Under the pieces are notes generated by a model that saw only the letters and a list, made by a program, of their open reading frames with translations, did not search any database and was not told where the DNA came from. A stretch of 64,000 bases of DNA, taken from Monocercomonoides exilis PA203 (lineage: Eukaryota > Protista > Preaxostyla). Shown here one piece after another: positions 62,739 through 64,000 of the stretch. Within the stretch, counting starts at the first letter, position 1, and every line of letters starts with the position of its first letter. The DNA is taken from the NCBI GenBank assembly GCA_001643675.2, contig LSRY02000021.1, positions 1-64,000 of the forward strand, in the 5' to 3' direction. Made by a program: the position numbers and the translations under genes.

Positions 62739-64000
62739 ATGAATGAGAACTTTTCAAACAGAACAGCTCGCGATTTGAATTGGAAAAAACTGTTTGGTTT
62801 GAAATGGAAAAAAGCCCTCAATTTTGTGGAGCACACAGATACATATGCCGAAGATATTCCTTTTGTGGTTAAAGATCCGAGCATTGAAAAGCAGGATTGT
62901 AGTGTTGTGCGGTATGTTTGCGTATCTGACACACATGGAATGCACAACGAGATTCCAGGTGGCATTCCATATGGAGACGTGCTAATACATGCTGGAGATT
63001 TCACCCATTGTTCAACTCGCGAAGAACTGGATTCATTCTACGGATGGTTGATGAGTCAGCCACATCCTCGGAAGATAATTGTAGCAGGAAATCACGACGT
63101 TGTGTTTGATCGATTTTATTACGAAATGTTTTACTCAAAGAGGTTGAAGAGTCAGGCTTTGCATTATGAAGAGGAAGTCTGTCGTCTGAATGGTATTGGA
63201 ACATACCTAGAATCAAGCGGAACTACAATATTTGGGCAGCGTGTATTCGGGATGTTATGGCCAACTCGATATAAGAATTGTGTGAAGAAGTGCCACGAAG
63301 AATCCGAGTTTACTTTGTTGTTTTCTCAGATGGAGCGTGGAATGGATGTGCTAGTAACTCATGGCCCTCCATTCGGTCGGTTGGATGCTGATCCAGTGAA
63401 ACACACAGGATCCATTTCGCTTCTGGAAGGTGTGCGAAGCTATCTTCAGCCGAGAGTGCATGTGTACGGCCACACCCACAGCGGAAGAGGAGTCAGTTTT
63501 GATGGACAGACCCTGTTTGTGAACTGTGCTGTTGTGGATGAGCAGCACAGACCAATCAACCCAGCTGTTGTTATTGATCTTCCCTGTGAACAGAGAGCGT
63601 TTAGTGACGGAGAAATAGAAAAGATGGCGGAACTGCCAGAAAAGGCTGGAATTGGTGAAGAGTATGAGCAAATGAAAAACGAAAGATTTTGTCAAAAGCA
63701 TAATGACACATCACTTCTTAACACAACATCAAAAACTGATAAAGAAGAAGATTTCATAGGAAATCCAAGCAATTCTGTTGATAGGTTTGCTTTATTTGCA
63801 TGTTCTTTTTTTCATCCAATGATGCATCATTTTATTTTTCAATGTTTGCTTCTTAATGTCATTTTCTTTAAACTTTCTTTTCTTTTCTTTTCTTTTTGAA
63901 AATTTTCAGTTTCAGCGAAACTCATTCTGAATGCTCACCATTAAAAGACCCTTCATTGAAAGAAAGCAACATGACTGTTAAAACTATTGATTGTTGTCAA
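62739..64000 (+). CDS. Calcineurin-like metallophosphoesterase, MPPED1/2 (239FB)-like; runs off the window
   Basis: All metal-binding motifs are present: VSDTH, IHAGDFT, VAGNHD, LVTHGPP, HVYGHTH. A probable intron 63785-63909 is followed by a frame open to the window end. Confidence 0.9.

Overview
Eukaryotic nuclear DNA from an AT-rich, intron-rich flagellated protist using the standard genetic code. The ~3 kb SSU rRNA, the frequent GTTTG intron donors and a recognisable repetitive gene family suggest an oxymonad such as Monocercomonoides (inference, not verified). 1-7.3 kb is a minus-strand rDNA unit (partial 28S, ITS2, 5.8S, ITS1, complete 18S) with very large AT-rich expansion segments. 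7.3-15.3 kb is the 5'ETS and an elaborate upstream spacer: candidate Pol I start sites, a ~190-bp tandem array bracketed by inverted motif clusters, two oppositely oriented copies of the promoter-proximal block, and a GC-rich hairpin island. After a zone of decayed sequence the window becomes gene-dense: a lineage-specific family gene, RPL7a/eL8 with a long basic N-terminal tail, a Sac1-family protein lacking its catalytic Cys, a ~7,250-aa six-exon orphan gene, a membrane protein, SPT4, a perfect 1-kb foldback element, CFAP52, SmF, a long coiled-coil protein, SDE2 and an MPPED-like metallophosphoesterase. All exon structures were inferred by hand from GT-AG sites and reading-frame phase; no searches were run.
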